Part shown: piece by piece, positions 37,729 through 47,822 of the stretch
Layout of the letters: each line of letters opens with the position of its first letter
How positions within the stretch are numbered: position 1 is the first letter of the stretch
Origin: an uncultured archaeon
Lineage (GTDB): Archaea > Altiarchaeota > Altiarchaeia > IMC4 > SCGC-AAA252-I15
Length of the DNA stretch: 64,000 nucleotides
Assembly (NCBI GenBank): GCA_902384455.1
Contig: CABMCB010000011.1
Span: forward strand, 1-64,000
Reading direction: 5' to 3'
Program-made: the position numbers and the translations under genes
Notes under the pieces: generated by a model
The model's input: only the letters and a program-made list of their open reading frames with translations
Told to the model about the DNA's origin: nothing
Databases searched by the model: none

Positions 37729-38160
37729 ATGAAGTCCGGCCTCGTTGTGCTCATGTTGGCGGTGGTTGTCTTAAGCGCCGCTTGCCTGCAGTCTGACCCT
37801 ACCGGCCGCGTCGTTGACGTTAAGGTGCCGTCTTGTAAGTTGTGGGGTGGTACTGTTGAGATTAAGACTGAGCGGGGGGCGACTATTTTTGGTAGTTGGC
37901 TTGGGGAGTCTGACGGCAGGCGTTTGTCTGGTTTCATGGATGTGGGAGGCGGAAAGTGGGTTTTGAACGCCAGCTTTAATGAGGGCGCTTCCAACGGGTT
38001 TTTCTATTGGACTGACGACGCTTCAAGGACTTATATTTCCGGGACTGTGGCGGGCAGAGTTGAAAGCGACGTGTTTTCAGGTGTGGTGGACGGCAGCGTT
38101 ACTGCGCAGGGCGAAGCGTATCCTTTTTCGGGCGTGATGAACGGCAGTTGCCGTGTTTAG
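37729..38160 (+). CDS. Hypothetical lipoprotein-like secreted beta protein
   Basis: Signal with LSAAC lipobox-like motif. Confidence 0.55.
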   Translation: MKSGLVVLMLAVVVLSAACLQSDPTGRVVDVKVPSCKLWGGTVEIKTERGATIFGSWLGESDGRRLSGFMDVGGGKWVLNASFNEGASNGFFYWTDDASRTYISGTVAGRVESDVFSGVVDGSVTAQGEAYPFSGVMNGSCRV

Positions 38161-39812
38161 GGGTGCGTTAGGTAGAATATTGTCTTCCCGTTTTCTTGGC
38201 GGTCTAGGCGGGCGAACCCTATGCGTTCCAGCTGTACTATGTCGTTGACTTTAACTGACGAGACCGCGTCTTCCGCGTATCCTGTCTTTGTTCCGTCGGG
38301 GGTCACCAGCTCTAGGGGATGCGACTTTTGAACCCAATGTATCTTAGGCAGGCTGCGGTCTTCTTTGGATATGCAAGTGAGGACTAGGGGGGCAGTTAAC
38401 TCTACTTTGAAGGGGTATAGCCCTATGAGCTTTATTTCGTCTCCTTCCGCCAGTTTGTCCGCGTCTTCTTTGGACAATAGCACCGGCATGTCGGGGTTGT
38501 AGGGGGATTCTCTTACTCCGCGGTTTTTGTGAGCTGGATGGTGGAATAAGCGGGCTGTTTTCCCCGGCGCGCACGTTAAGCGGGCTTCCACGGGGTTTAG
38601 GACTGCGAATATGCGGTTGACGTGCGGGTCCAGCAGCTTCCTGTTTTCCGCGTATAATCCAGTCAGACTTACTGCGACGTCGTTTTCCGACAACCCCAAA
38701 CTTATCATGAAATTCCTTATGGCTTCGGGCTGTATCCCTCGCCGCTTCAGCGCCCGCAACGTGGGCAGACGAGGGTCATCCCAACCAGAGTACGTTCCTG
38801 CGGCGATGTCGCGGCTCATCTGGCTGCTGCTGAATTTCCCGTGCTCATGTATCCTCAGGCGACCCCAATGCAGGACGTTGGGTTGAGTCCAGTTGAGGTA
38901 CTTGTATAAGTAGCTTTGGCGTTTTTCGCTGTCAGCCAAGTCTTTTCCGCGCAGCACGTGCGTTACCCCCGTGAGGTGGTCGTCGATTGCGCTTTGGAAG
39001 TCGAGAAGCGGCCATGCGCGGTATTTTTTTCCGGCTTTGGGGTGGGGTTCTGTGAGTATGCGGAATGCGACCCATTCTCTTAGTGCGGGGTCTGGGTGCG
39101 ACAGGTCTGTTTTGATTCTAAGCACGGCTTCGCCTGGTTTTGTGGGGCCGTCTCGCATTTTCTCCCATTCCCGCATGTTTTCTTCTGGGGTTTGGTTTCT
39201 GTGTGGGCAGGGTTTTCCTGCGTCTTTGAGTGGTTTGAATTCGGTTTGTTTGCAGGTGCAGACGTAGGCGTTTCCTTGTTTTATGATTTCTTCGGCGTAC
39301 TGGATGTATGTGGGTATGCGGTCGCTGGCTACGTAGACTTCGTCTGGGGCTGCATCTAGCCACTTGCAGTCTTCTATTATCCAGTCGTATGCTGGGAGGT
39401 AGGGTTTCTTTGTTTTTGGGTCTGTGTCGTCGAATCTTAGGATGAATTTTCCGCCGTACGTTTTGGCGAGCGTATGGTTTATTATGACTCCGCGGGCGTG
39501 GCCGAGCGTTAAGGGGCCGTTGGGGTTTGGCGCGAATCTTAGGGTTGGTTTTTTGGGGTTGTCGGGTAGGGAGAGTTGTGGGTGTTCTTGTTGCGTTTCT
39601 TTTTTGTTTTCAGCGGGCGCCTCCTTTTTGAGCGCTTCGTCCGGGAGTGCGTTGACTTTTGCGACTACTTCGGCGGCTTTCTCTGCGACTTCCTTGCTTT
39701 TGCTTCTAAGCGCCGGGTTGGATGCTAATGCTCCTCCTACTACCGCTTTGACGTCGGCTTTCCCGAATTTGAGCCGGTTTTTGACTGCTAAAGCGCGAAG
39801 TAGGTCTTCCAT
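38157..39812 (-). CDS. gltX: Glutamyl-tRNA synthetase (archaeal type)
   Basis: RFAPNPNGPLTLGH, LRFDDTDP, THVLRGKD, GWDDPRLPT. Confidence 0.96.
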   Translation of the reverse strand: MEDLLRALAVKNRLKFGKADVKAVVGGALASNPALRSKSKEVAEKAAEVVAKVNALPDEALKKEAPAENKKETQQEHPQLSLPDNPKKPTLRFAPNPNGPLTLGHARGVIINHTLAKTYGGKFILRFDDTDPKTKKPYLPAYDWIIEDCKWLDAAPDEVYVASDRIPTYIQYAEEIIKQGNAYVCTCKQTEFKPLKDAGKPCPHRNQTPEENMREWEKMRDGPTKPGEAVLRIKTDLSHPDPALREWVAFRILTEPHPKAGKKYRAWPLLDFQSAIDDHLTGVTHVLRGKDLADSEKRQSYLYKYLNWTQPNVLHWGRLRIHEHGKFSSSQMSRDIAAGTYSGWDDPRLPTLRALKRRGIQPEAIRNFMISLGLSENDVAVSLTGLYAENRKLLDPHVNRIFAVLNPVEARLTCAPGKTARLFHHPAHKNRGVRESPYNPDMPVLLSKEDADKLAEGDEIKLIGLYPFKVELTAPLVLTCISKEDRSLPKIHWVQKSHPLELVTPDGTKTGYAEDAVSSVKVNDIVQLERIGFARLDRQENGKTIFYLTHP

Positions 39813-39852
39813 GATGAACGTATCTTTGGGGTTTAGCCGTTAAATCAGCGGC

Positions 39853-41124
39853 TTACTCTTTTTTGAGGCTGTAAAGCAGCATCCCGGTCCGCGGCTTGGG
39901 GTAGAAGAAGGTGCTTTTGGGCGGCATCCGGCCGTTTACTTTGGCTACTGCGATTAGGTCGTCGGCGGGTGTGGAGTTTACGAGTATTGCGGCTTGGGCT
40001 TTTCCGTCTTTTACTGTTTGTATTGCTTTTTTGGAGTCGTGTTGGTATGTGATGTTTCCTCCTACTGTCACGTCGTCTTTTATGCCAAGTATTGAGTCCA
40101 GCAGTATGCTGTGCAGTACTGTGACGTCTAGGCGCCTTAAGTGTGAGGGCACGTTGGGTAGTATGCGTTCAGCGTCTTTCTTTGATAGAGTCAGGACGTG
40201 GGCGTCGTGCGGTCCGAAGTACATTACGAATGCGTGGTGGCTTTTGTGTTTTTCAAGTTCGTCTTCGGGTTTCATTCCCGACGGCAGCGGGTGGACTGTG
40301 AACGCGGTCCTTATCTTCTGGAGGGCTTCGTCTGAAGTCATCGGCAGAGTCCTTATGAGCCGGTGGTAAGGCATCACAAGCAGACCGGGGTCTTCCACGG
40401 CGACGACAAAGACCATTACGTAGGCGGCCAGGGTGTTTTCGGGGTGGCGCTGCTTGTACATGTGGGCGGTCTCGTACCGGTGGTGGCCGTCGGCGATGTA
40501 TAGGTCTTTTTCTTTGAATGTTTGTGTGATTGTGTTTATTTTTTCTTTGTCTTGTATTGCGTAGAGGCGGTTTATGATGCCTTCTTCGTCTTTGAATGAG
40601 TATAGGGGCGTTGTTTTTGCGGCTTCTTCCAGTAGGGGTTTTATTGCGTTTTCGCCGTCGTTGTATATGAGGAATACGGGGGAAAGCTGTGTTTTTGCTG
40701 CTTCTGTTAGGGCGAGGCGGTCTTCCTTTAGGGTGCTCATTGTGTTTTCGTGCGGGTGTACGCTACCGGACCCTAGAGGTTCAATTTTGATTAATGCTTG
40801 TAGGCCTAGTCTTCTTCGGGTTATTCCGTCGTGAGCCGTGAATGTTTGTTCGTAGACGTAGTATATGGGTTCTTTTTCTTGGATTATGGTTTCGTCTTTT
40901 ATCCATGAGGTGAGGCGTTCTGCGGCTTCTTTGTAGCGGTCTGCCGCTTCGTGGGATTGAGGCAGGTCGACGTGGACTATGTTGTGGGGCTCTTTCTGCG
41001 ATAGCCTCGTTCTTAGTTCTGGGGATACTACGTCGAAGGGCGGAGCAGTAAGAAGTGAAAGGTCTTTCTTCAACTCAAGGCTGTACCTTAATCCTCTGAA
41101 AGGCTTTATTTCGACCATCCTCAT
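39853..41124 (-). CDS. DUF1015 family protein
   Basis: APPFDV, HPHENT, YIADGHHRYETA, MPPKSTFFYPK. Confidence 0.9.
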   Translation of the reverse strand: MRMVEIKPFRGLRYSLELKKDLSLLTAPPFDVVSPELRTRLSQKEPHNIVHVDLPQSHEAADRYKEAAERLTSWIKDETIIQEKEPIYYVYEQTFTAHDGITRRRLGLQALIKIEPLGSGSVHPHENTMSTLKEDRLALTEAAKTQLSPVFLIYNDGENAIKPLLEEAAKTTPLYSFKDEEGIINRLYAIQDKEKINTITQTFKEKDLYIADGHHRYETAHMYKQRHPENTLAAYVMVFVVAVEDPGLLVMPYHRLIRTLPMTSDEALQKIRTAFTVHPLPSGMKPEDELEKHKSHHAFVMYFGPHDAHVLTLSKKDAERILPNVPSHLRRLDVTVLHSILLDSILGIKDDVTVGGNITYQHDSKKAIQTVKDGKAQAAILVNSTPADDLIAVAKVNGRMPPKSTFFYPKPRTGMLLYSLKKE

Positions 41125-41171
41125 GGACTAAGTAGGATAAGAAGAAAAACAAAGCGGTTTTAACGGCGCAA

Positions 41172-41537
41172 TTAAAGCAGTTTCAGTCGGCTGGTTATCG
41201 CGTCCACGTCTTTGTCTGGTGCGGGCCCTATTGCTATGCATGTTGTTGTGCCGGGTAGTATTTGGGTGAGCCCTGCGTCGTTTATTATGGCCGTGGGGAG
41301 TCCTGCGCGCTGGGCTTCTTGGAATAGGTTTAGCAGTTCGGCTTCGGAGGTGGCCTTGAGCACTATCTTTTTTTGGCCTTCTCTCATCCATTCTGTTTTG
41401 TGGGGGCTTTTGTCTGCTGCTGTTACGCTGGCGTGTGCTGCTTGTGCGGCGGTTTTTCCTTTGCCCATCAGCAGGTCGGTTCGGATGATTATTGCCTGTT
41501 TGTATTCGTAGTCGGATGATTTTTTAGTGGCGGCCAC
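41172..41537 (-). CDS. pth2: Peptidyl-tRNA hydrolase Pth2
   Basis: KQAIIIRTDL.MGKGK.AAQAAHA, DAGLTQI.PGT.TC.AIGP. Confidence 0.96.
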   Translation of the reverse strand: MAATKKSSDYEYKQAIIIRTDLLMGKGKTAAQAAHASVTAADKSPHKTEWMREGQKKIVLKATSEAELLNLFQEAQRAGLPTAIINDAGLTQILPGTTTCIAIGPAPDKDVDAITSRLKLL

Positions 41538-41578
41538 ATTAAGTTAAGGGGATACGCATTTATTTAGGGGGGATTTTT

Positions 41579-42289
41579 TTGGCGGATGAGCGCGTTAGGA
41601 CGGGGGTTTCGGGTTTGGATGACGTGGTTAGCGGCGGTTTGATTAGGGGTCATTCTTATCTTGTTTCTGGTGCGCCGGGTACGGGGAAGTCGGTTTTGTG
41701 TTTGCAGTTTATTGTCAGGGGTGCGCAGGATTTTGGCGAGCCGGGTTTGTACATTACGGTTGAGGAGTCGGCTGATGACGTGAGGGATTACGGGAGGCGT
41801 CTTGGGCTTCCGGTTGATGCGCTTGAGAAGGCGGGCAAGGTTGTGATTGTTGAGCAGCCGGTCCTTAAGGGGAGCGCTGTTTCCATGGAGTTCATTGAGA
41901 AGTTGATTGAGGATAATGGGGTCAAAAGGGTTGTTCTTGATTCGATTACTCTTTTCGAGTACCTTCACGGGGGGAGGGAGTTGTCCATGAAAAGGGACGT
42001 TCTGAAGTTCATGGATTTGATGAAAAAAAGAGGCGTGACTCTGATGGCAACTGCTGAGCGCAGTCACGCGGATGTTGACCGGCTTGTCTACAGCATGGAG
42101 GACTTTCTTTTTGACGGACTCGTTCTTTTGTTGCGTTTGCGCTGCGAATCCGGTTTTGAGCATGCTTTGACTGTGCTTAAGATGCGGGGCGTAAGTCATA
42201 GTATGGGTATTCATCCCGTCGTCATAAGCGGGGGCGGAATCTCATTGACCGGAAGCAGGAAGGATTTGAAGGGAGGTAAGGTTAAGTGA
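41579..42289 (+). CDS. KaiC/RAD55-family single-domain ATPase
   Basis: TGVSGLD, GAPGTGKS, VEES, VVLDS, KMRG. Confidence 0.88.
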   Translation: MADERVRTGVSGLDDVVSGGLIRGHSYLVSGAPGTGKSVLCLQFIVRGAQDFGEPGLYITVEESADDVRDYGRRLGLPVDALEKAGKVVIVEQPVLKGSAVSMEFIEKLIEDNGVKRVVLDSITLFEYLHGGRELSMKRDVLKFMDLMKKRGVTLMATAERSHADVDRLVYSMEDFLFDGLVLLLRLRCESGFEHALTVLKMRGVSHSMGIHPVVISGGGISLTGSRKDLKGGKVK

Positions 42290-43311
42290 AGGAGGTTTGG
42301 GTTAGGGCTGACGGAAAAGAGCCTTGGGATGAGCGGAAGGAGAAGGTGACTTCTGCCCTTGAGTGCGGAGCGGACGCAGTGTGGGTTAACGCAGGGGAGG
42401 AATCTAGCGTCAGGCGGCTGGGGAAAATCAGGGTCATAAGCGAAGGGAACGCGGCAGACATCAAGGTTGGGCGCGACGTCTATTATCGCGTGATTGAGAG
42501 GAAGGGGGACGAGCAGGCGATATCTAAGGCGGGGCACTCGCACGCTTATGTCGCGGTTAAGACCTCCAACTGGAAGGTTATTCCTCTTGAGAACCTCATC
42601 GCATCGCTTCAGGGAAAGAGCCGCATCATAGTCGAAGTGTCTGACGCCGAAGCCGCTAAAGTCGCGTTGGAGACTATGGAGGTTGGCGCTGACGGAGTTC
42701 TTGTTGACGCAGACAGAGGAGTAATAAACAGGGTGAAGTCTGCCGCTGACGACAGGAACAGGGAGAGGTTTCCTCTTGTTGCGGCTAAGGTCACTGCGGT
42801 AAAGTCAGTCGGCATGGGGGATAGGGTGTGCGTGGATACTGCGAGCATATTCACTTTGGGAGAGGGGATGCTTGTGGGCAGCCAAAGCAGCGCCCTGTTT
42901 CTCGTTCACAGCGAAACGCTCAAGACGGAGTACGTCGCAGCCCGCCCATTCAGGGTGAACGCAGGCGCAGTACACGCCTACGTAAGGCTCGCAGGAGGCA
43001 AGACTGAGTACCTGTCTGAGCTAAAGGCGGGAGACGACGTGCTTGCAGTCAACGCCAAAGGAGAAAGCAGAATCATGGTAGTCGGACGCTGCAAGATAGA
43101 GAGGAGGCCTCTGCTTCTTGTTGAGGCGGAATACGAAGGGAAAAAGATTTCGACGCTCCTACAAAACGCCGAAACCATTTGCCTTGTGGGCGAAGAAGGC
43201 AAAGCCATAAGCGTCTCTGCGATAAAGACAGGCGACAAAGTGCTCGTCCACATAGAGGAAGTTGGCCGCCATTTCGGAATGAAGATTAAGGAGACGATTA
43301 AGGAGAAATGA
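42286..43311 (+). CDS. aroB': 3-dehydroquinate synthase II (archaeal alternative shikimate route)
   Basis: [41 protein letters not shown]. Confidence 0.93.
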   Translation: MKEVWVRADGKEPWDERKEKVTSALECGADAVWVNAGEESSVRRLGKIRVISEGNAADIKVGRDVYYRVIERKGDEQAISKAGHSHAYVAVKTSNWKVIPLENLIASLQGKSRIIVEVSDAEAAKVALETMEVGADGVLVDADRGVINRVKSAADDRNRERFPLVAAKVTAVKSVGMGDRVCVDTASIFTLGEGMLVGSQSSALFLVHSETLKTEYVAARPFRVNAGAVHAYVRLAGGKTEYLSELKAGDDVLAVNAKGESRIMVVGRCKIERRPLLLVEAEYEGKKISTLLQNAETICLVGEEGKAISVSAIKTGDKVLVHIEEVGRHFGMKIKETIKEK

Positions 43312-44000
43312 GGAACAAACTGAGGAAGCTTAGGAGCCAGAATAAGGCGGTGTTCTACATTGCCGTGGGAGTTGTGGCATTGATGTTTTTGTGGACTGCT
43401 TATTCAGTGTTGCGCAACGGGCAGCACGGGCAATCCGTAGCTTCCCAATATAATTACGCTACTGCCACAACGAAAAGTTTAATGACTACGTCTACAACCA
43501 CCACAATTTTAAGCACAATGAAAACTACGTCAACACAAATCCCTCAGACTAAAACTCGGAGGGCGGCAGTATTGGAGACTGCTAAAGGCACGATTACTTT
43601 CGTTTTATACGAGAATGAAGCCCCCGTTACAACCAAGAACTTCATAGGTCTTGTGGAGCGCGGGTTCTACAGGAACATGGTTTTCCACCGGGTTGTGCCT
43701 GGGTTCGTGATTCAGACCGGCGACCCCACGGGTACTGGCAGGGGAGGAAGTGATGCGACTATTCCTCTTGAAATCAGCAAGGCGCTAACCCACGTCAAAG
43801 GCGCAGTGGGTATGGCGCGCTCAAACGACCCCGACAGCGCAAGCAGCCAGTTTTACATAACGTTGGATGACACGCACCAGCTTGACGGCGGATACGCAGT
43901 ATTCGGGAAAGTAGTCTCTGGGATGGACGTCGTAGAAAGCATTAAGCAAGGAGACACGTTAATCTCCGTCCGGCTCATAAACTACACCGGCGACACATAG
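43308..44000 (+). CDS. Membrane-anchored cyclophilin-type PPIase with Thr-rich linker
   Basis: N-terminal TM; [30 protein letters not shown]. Confidence 0.92.
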   Translation: MRNKLRKLRSQNKAVFYIAVGVVALMFLWTAYSVLRNGQHGQSVASQYNYATATTKSLMTTSTTTTILSTMKTTSTQIPQTKTRRAAVLETAKGTITFVLYENEAPVTTKNFIGLVERGFYRNMVFHRVVPGFVIQTGDPTGTGRGGSDATIPLEISKALTHVKGAVGMARSNDPDSASSQFYITLDDTHQLDGGYAVFGKVVSGMDVVESIKQGDTLISVRLINYTGDT

Positions 44001-44630
44001 ATGAACCTCACTTACCTTGGGCACGCGGGGTTCCGCCTCCAATCTAAAGAAGGAGTAATCTACTTCGACCCCTATCAGATAAAGAAACCCATAAACGACG
44101 GCGACATAGTGCTCGTAAGCCACAGCCACCGCGACCACTGCGACCCCGAAAGCATACTCGCAGTCTCAAAGAAAGACGCAGTCGTCATAGCGGCACAGAA
44201 CGCCGCAGCCAAAGCGTCAGCTCAACATTCTGTTTCCGAAGGAAACGCCCTTTCAGTAGGCGGCTTCAAGATAACCGCAGTCCCAGCATACAACACAAAC
44301 AAGCCATTTCACCCGCGCGGATTCGGCGTAGGATTCATAGTGGAAGCCGAAGGAAAACGCATATACCACGCAGGAGACACCGACGCCATAAACGAGATGA
44401 TGGAGTATGGCCCAGTCGACGTGGCGCTTCTTCCCGTGTCCGGAACATACGTGATGACGGCACCCGAGGCCGCAGAAGCCGCCAAGCTCGTCAAGGCGAA
44501 ACTCGCAATCCCAATGCACTATGGGGAAGTAATAGGAAGCAAAGACGACGCCGTATTCTTCAAAAAGCTCCTTGAAAGACTTAATGGGAAAGTAGTAATC
44601 CTTAATGTTGGGGAATCGCTTGACGCCTAG
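44001..44630 (+). CDS. MBL-fold metallo-hydrolase
   Basis: LGHAGF, SHSHRDH, YHAGDT, IPMHYG. Confidence 0.9.
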   Translation: MNLTYLGHAGFRLQSKEGVIYFDPYQIKKPINDGDIVLVSHSHRDHCDPESILAVSKKDAVVIAAQNAAAKASAQHSVSEGNALSVGGFKITAVPAYNTNKPFHPRGFGVGFIVEAEGKRIYHAGDTDAINEMMEYGPVDVALLPVSGTYVMTAPEAAEAAKLVKAKLAIPMHYGEVIGSKDDAVFFKKLLERLNGKVVILNVGESLDA

Positions 44631-44653
44631 TCGCTTGACGGGAAAAAACGATT

Positions 44654-46312
44654 TTATTTTGCGAGCGTAGCTTCTGATTCGGACCTGAATGTTTCCAGAA
44701 GCTGCCAGAACAAGAGGCGTGTTCTGTGGTTGTCCATTATGTCGTCTTTAGCGTGTTTTTTACCTTGCCGTCTGTTTTCGGCCGCTTCCTGCATTAGGCG
44801 GTGTACTGTGTGGACGCTTCCCATCCGGTATCCTTGAACGCCGTACAAAACCATGTCATTCACGTCTTGAGGGTCTGTGGGAATCTGCCCGTTAGGCTGA
44901 AGGTCGTTTGTGAAACCGTCCCTGTGGGCGTCAGCCAATACTTCAGAAACCCACCCTGCGCCTGCCGCAAAGTTTTGGATGGGATTGTCCCATTGGATTA
45001 GTATGTGACGGTTGGGGTCGAAGTTACGCCTCCTGCCCTCGGAGTCAGGCATCCCAGCTATGCGTCCCGCCCACGCTTGCGCGACAGTCTGTTCGCCTTC
45101 TCCCGTCTTAGCGGTTCCGAATGGGTAGGGAATCGTTACGAACGCGGTTTTGTCGTGCGTTTGTAATTGCTGGTCTTCACCTAACACCGGGATATACTGG
45201 GGCACCCTTATCAATGATTCTATTTCTTGGGCGTTTTGCGCTCGTGCTACAGACAAAACGACGTGGTCTAGCGGCAGGCTTATGAAACTGGTTGAGTTAG
45301 AGCCAATCTCCGTACGGACTTCATCAGGCAGACTCCCTCCCATATCAACCCACAAAGAAAGCAGGCGACGCTGACTTCTCCCGTCCCTCTCCCTTTCCGC
45401 CTGAGCGTAAGAACGCCCAAACCTCATCATGAAAGAAGACAGATGCTCCATTCCATACGCGGTATTGAACTCCATCAAACCTAAGTCGTATGTTCCATTG
45501 CTGTTTGGGCCCTGCGTAAGAAGGCTGTCCCAGCGGGACTCTATGAATCCCATTGAAAGCAGAAACAACGGGTGCATCTGAGTTAAGCCTCCGATAATAG
45601 CGACATCGTCAGACGAAACTTTTGCGTAAGGCGCCGTCTGGCTCACCCTAAGTTTTTGTTCTGCCGCCGTCAAATGGCGTTCGTTTCTTCCCCTCATAAT
45701 ATGCTGCCTAGTATCGGCCGTGGACTGACTGAATCGGGCGATTAATTCAGCGTCAGAAAGAGGACTTCCTTCAACGTGGATTCTGGCAGGGTCATGAGGC
45801 ATTGTGCCGTGAACCTTGCCTTGGGCGTCAATCATCTGCGCCCGACCCCCTAAGCTTTCAGTCAAATCGTAGACTGCAAATCCAGTCCACCGCCTTAAGC
45901 CTGCGTCAGCGCCGTATTTGGCCAAATCAACGTCAAAAGAGAACTCCCCAACCTTCCTTTGTTCCGCAGGCGTGGGAGTTTCATGAACAGGCTTCGGAGT
46001 AAGGAGGTCCTTCAAAAAATGCCCTGCCCGATAAATGCCATATCCTACTACACCCAATCCCGCAAGAGTAAGGCCTATCCGTACTGGAAGTTGCCAAAGG
46101 AACTCCCTGCGGCTCATAATATCTTCATCGTCACCTGCAACATCAACCCGCGCCCGCCTCCTCCTAAAACGCCGGCTGTCAACGATGGAGGGGTCGCTAA
46201 TCTCTCCTTGAGGTGGTCTTACGTCAGGCGGACGCTCATCCGAACCGCCGCCCCTAATCATACGTCCCCCACGAATCTCGAAGTCGTCGTCGGGAGGCTT
46301 ATTCTGAGACAT
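44654..46312 (-). CDS. Membrane-anchored protein with lytic transglycosylase (SLT/GH23-like) motifs
   Basis: SRREFL plus TM; FIESRW (putative catalytic Glu), NGTYDLGLMEFN, NPIQNFAAGAGW, QGYRMG. Confidence 0.6.
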   Translation of the reverse strand: MSQNKPPDDDFEIRGGRMIRGGGSDERPPDVRPPQGEISDPSIVDSRRFRRRRARVDVAGDDEDIMSRREFLWQLPVRIGLTLAGLGVVGYGIYRAGHFLKDLLTPKPVHETPTPAEQRKVGEFSFDVDLAKYGADAGLRRWTGFAVYDLTESLGGRAQMIDAQGKVHGTMPHDPARIHVEGSPLSDAELIARFSQSTADTRQHIMRGRNERHLTAAEQKLRVSQTAPYAKVSSDDVAIIGGLTQMHPLFLLSMGFIESRWDSLLTQGPNSNGTYDLGLMEFNTAYGMEHLSSFMMRFGRSYAQAERERDGRSQRRLLSLWVDMGGSLPDEVRTEIGSNSTSFISLPLDHVVLSVARAQNAQEIESLIRVPQYIPVLGEDQQLQTHDKTAFVTIPYPFGTAKTGEGEQTVAQAWAGRIAGMPDSEGRRRNFDPNRHILIQWDNPIQNFAAGAGWVSEVLADAHRDGFTNDLQPNGQIPTDPQDVNDMVLYGVQGYRMGSVHTVHRLMQEAAENRRQGKKHAKDDIMDNHRTRLLFWQLLETFRSESEATLAK

Positions 46313-46357
46313 TAAACACCGCCTTAATAACCGTGCAAACAAAGCAAAAAAAGTGAT

Positions 46358-47767
46358 TTAACCTTTGACTACGCCAAGCGGCGTAAGGCGCGCGACAGAA
46401 CGGGAAATTCCAGCAAGCTCCACGCTCCTTATGACTTCGTCCACATCCTTGTACGCCTCAGGCATCTCCTCAGAAAGCACGTCAACGCTTGCCGCTTTCA
46501 CCACCATCCCGTCCTTAGCCATCTTGGAGGCCACCTGCGCGCCTTTAACCCGCCTCTTCGCCTCGCTACGAGACATTACGCGGCCTGCTCCGTGGCATGT
46601 GCTCCCGAACGTTTCTTCCATAGCAGTCTGAGTTCCAGTGAGCACGTAGCTTGCCGTCCCCATGCTACCGGGTATTATAACAGGCTGACCGATGCTTCGG
46701 TACTCGGAGGGGATTTCTTTTCGGCCTGCTGCGAAAGCTCTTGTGGCGCCTTTCCTGTGGACGCAGACTTCGCCTACGCCAGCGTGTTCCTCGAATTTGG
46801 CTATGTTATGGCAGACGTCGTACATGAGGTCGAGTTGGGAGTCGGGGAAAATCTTTGCGAAAACCTGCCGGACATAATGGGTTATCGCCTGCCTGTTGGC
46901 GAAAGCATAATTCACGGCGCACCTCATGGCGGCAAGATAATCCTCCGCCTCCTTGCTTCCGACAGGAGCGCACGCAAGCTCGTTGTCCGGAAGACTTATT
47001 CCGTACCGCCTGCCGGCCTCAAGCATGACGCTTATGTAGTCGTCGGCGACCTGGTACCCGAGGCCTCTGCTTCCGCAGTGAATCATCACCGCAATCTGGC
47101 CGACGTCGTTTAGGCCGAATGCGTGCGCTGTTTCTTCGTTGAGTATTTGGTCTACCCGCTGTATTTCAAGGAAGTGGTTTCCGCTTCCGAGCGTCCCGCA
47201 TTGAGGAGCGCCTCTGGACTTGGCGCGGCTGCTAACCTTACTGGGGTTTGCGCCTTTGATGCGGCCGTTTTCTTCCGTGTGCGCAAGATCTTTTTGGGTC
47301 GCCATGCCTTCTTTGATTAGGTATGCAGCTCCTTCGGTCAGGACGGAGTCGACGTCTGTTGCGCTAAGATGGAGTTTGCTTTTGCCGCCCAATCCACAGG
47401 GCACCGCATCGAACAATTCGTTTATGAGTTCCTTAAGCTTGGGTTTGACTTCTTTTTCAGTGAGGTTTGTTGTAAGCAGCCGTACGCCGCAGTTGATGTC
47501 GTAGCCTACTCCACCCGGGCTTATAACTCCTTCCTCAATGTTGAACGCTGCGACTCCGCCTATGGGAAATCCGTACCCGTAGTGGGCGTCAGGCATCGCA
47601 AGACTCTCTTTGACTATGCCCGGCAGCTTCGCGACATTAGAGACCTGCCTGTAAACGCCTTCCTCCACAGTCGGAAGAAGTTCACGGCTAACATAAATCC
47701 TGCCGGGAACACGCATACCCTCCTCACGGAACTCCCACACACCAGGCCGAATTTCTTTGGGCGTCAT
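46358..47767 (-). CDS. rtcB: tRNA-splicing ligase RtcB
   Basis: MPDAHYGYGFPIGGV, GVGYDINCG, GSGNHFLE, HRKGAT, HGAGR, EAYKD. Confidence 0.97.
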   Translation of the reverse strand: MTPKEIRPGVWEFREEGMRVPGRIYVSRELLPTVEEGVYRQVSNVAKLPGIVKESLAMPDAHYGYGFPIGGVAAFNIEEGVISPGGVGYDINCGVRLLTTNLTEKEVKPKLKELINELFDAVPCGLGGKSKLHLSATDVDSVLTEGAAYLIKEGMATQKDLAHTEENGRIKGANPSKVSSRAKSRGAPQCGTLGSGNHFLEIQRVDQILNEETAHAFGLNDVGQIAVMIHCGSRGLGYQVADDYISVMLEAGRRYGISLPDNELACAPVGSKEAEDYLAAMRCAVNYAFANRQAITHYVRQVFAKIFPDSQLDLMYDVCHNIAKFEEHAGVGEVCVHRKGATRAFAAGRKEIPSEYRSIGQPVIIPGSMGTASYVLTGTQTAMEETFGSTCHGAGRVMSRSEAKRRVKGAQVASKMAKDGMVVKAASVDVLSEEMPEAYKDVDEVIRSVELAGISRSVARLTPLGVVKG

Positions 47768-47822
47768 TTGAAGTAAAGTGATTTGAGCGGTAAGGGTATT
47801 TAACGGGGCTTGGGTTGGGACT

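Noticed and set aside
46358-47767. Intein in RtcB
   Set aside because: The 469-aa length and contiguous motifs leave no room for an insertion
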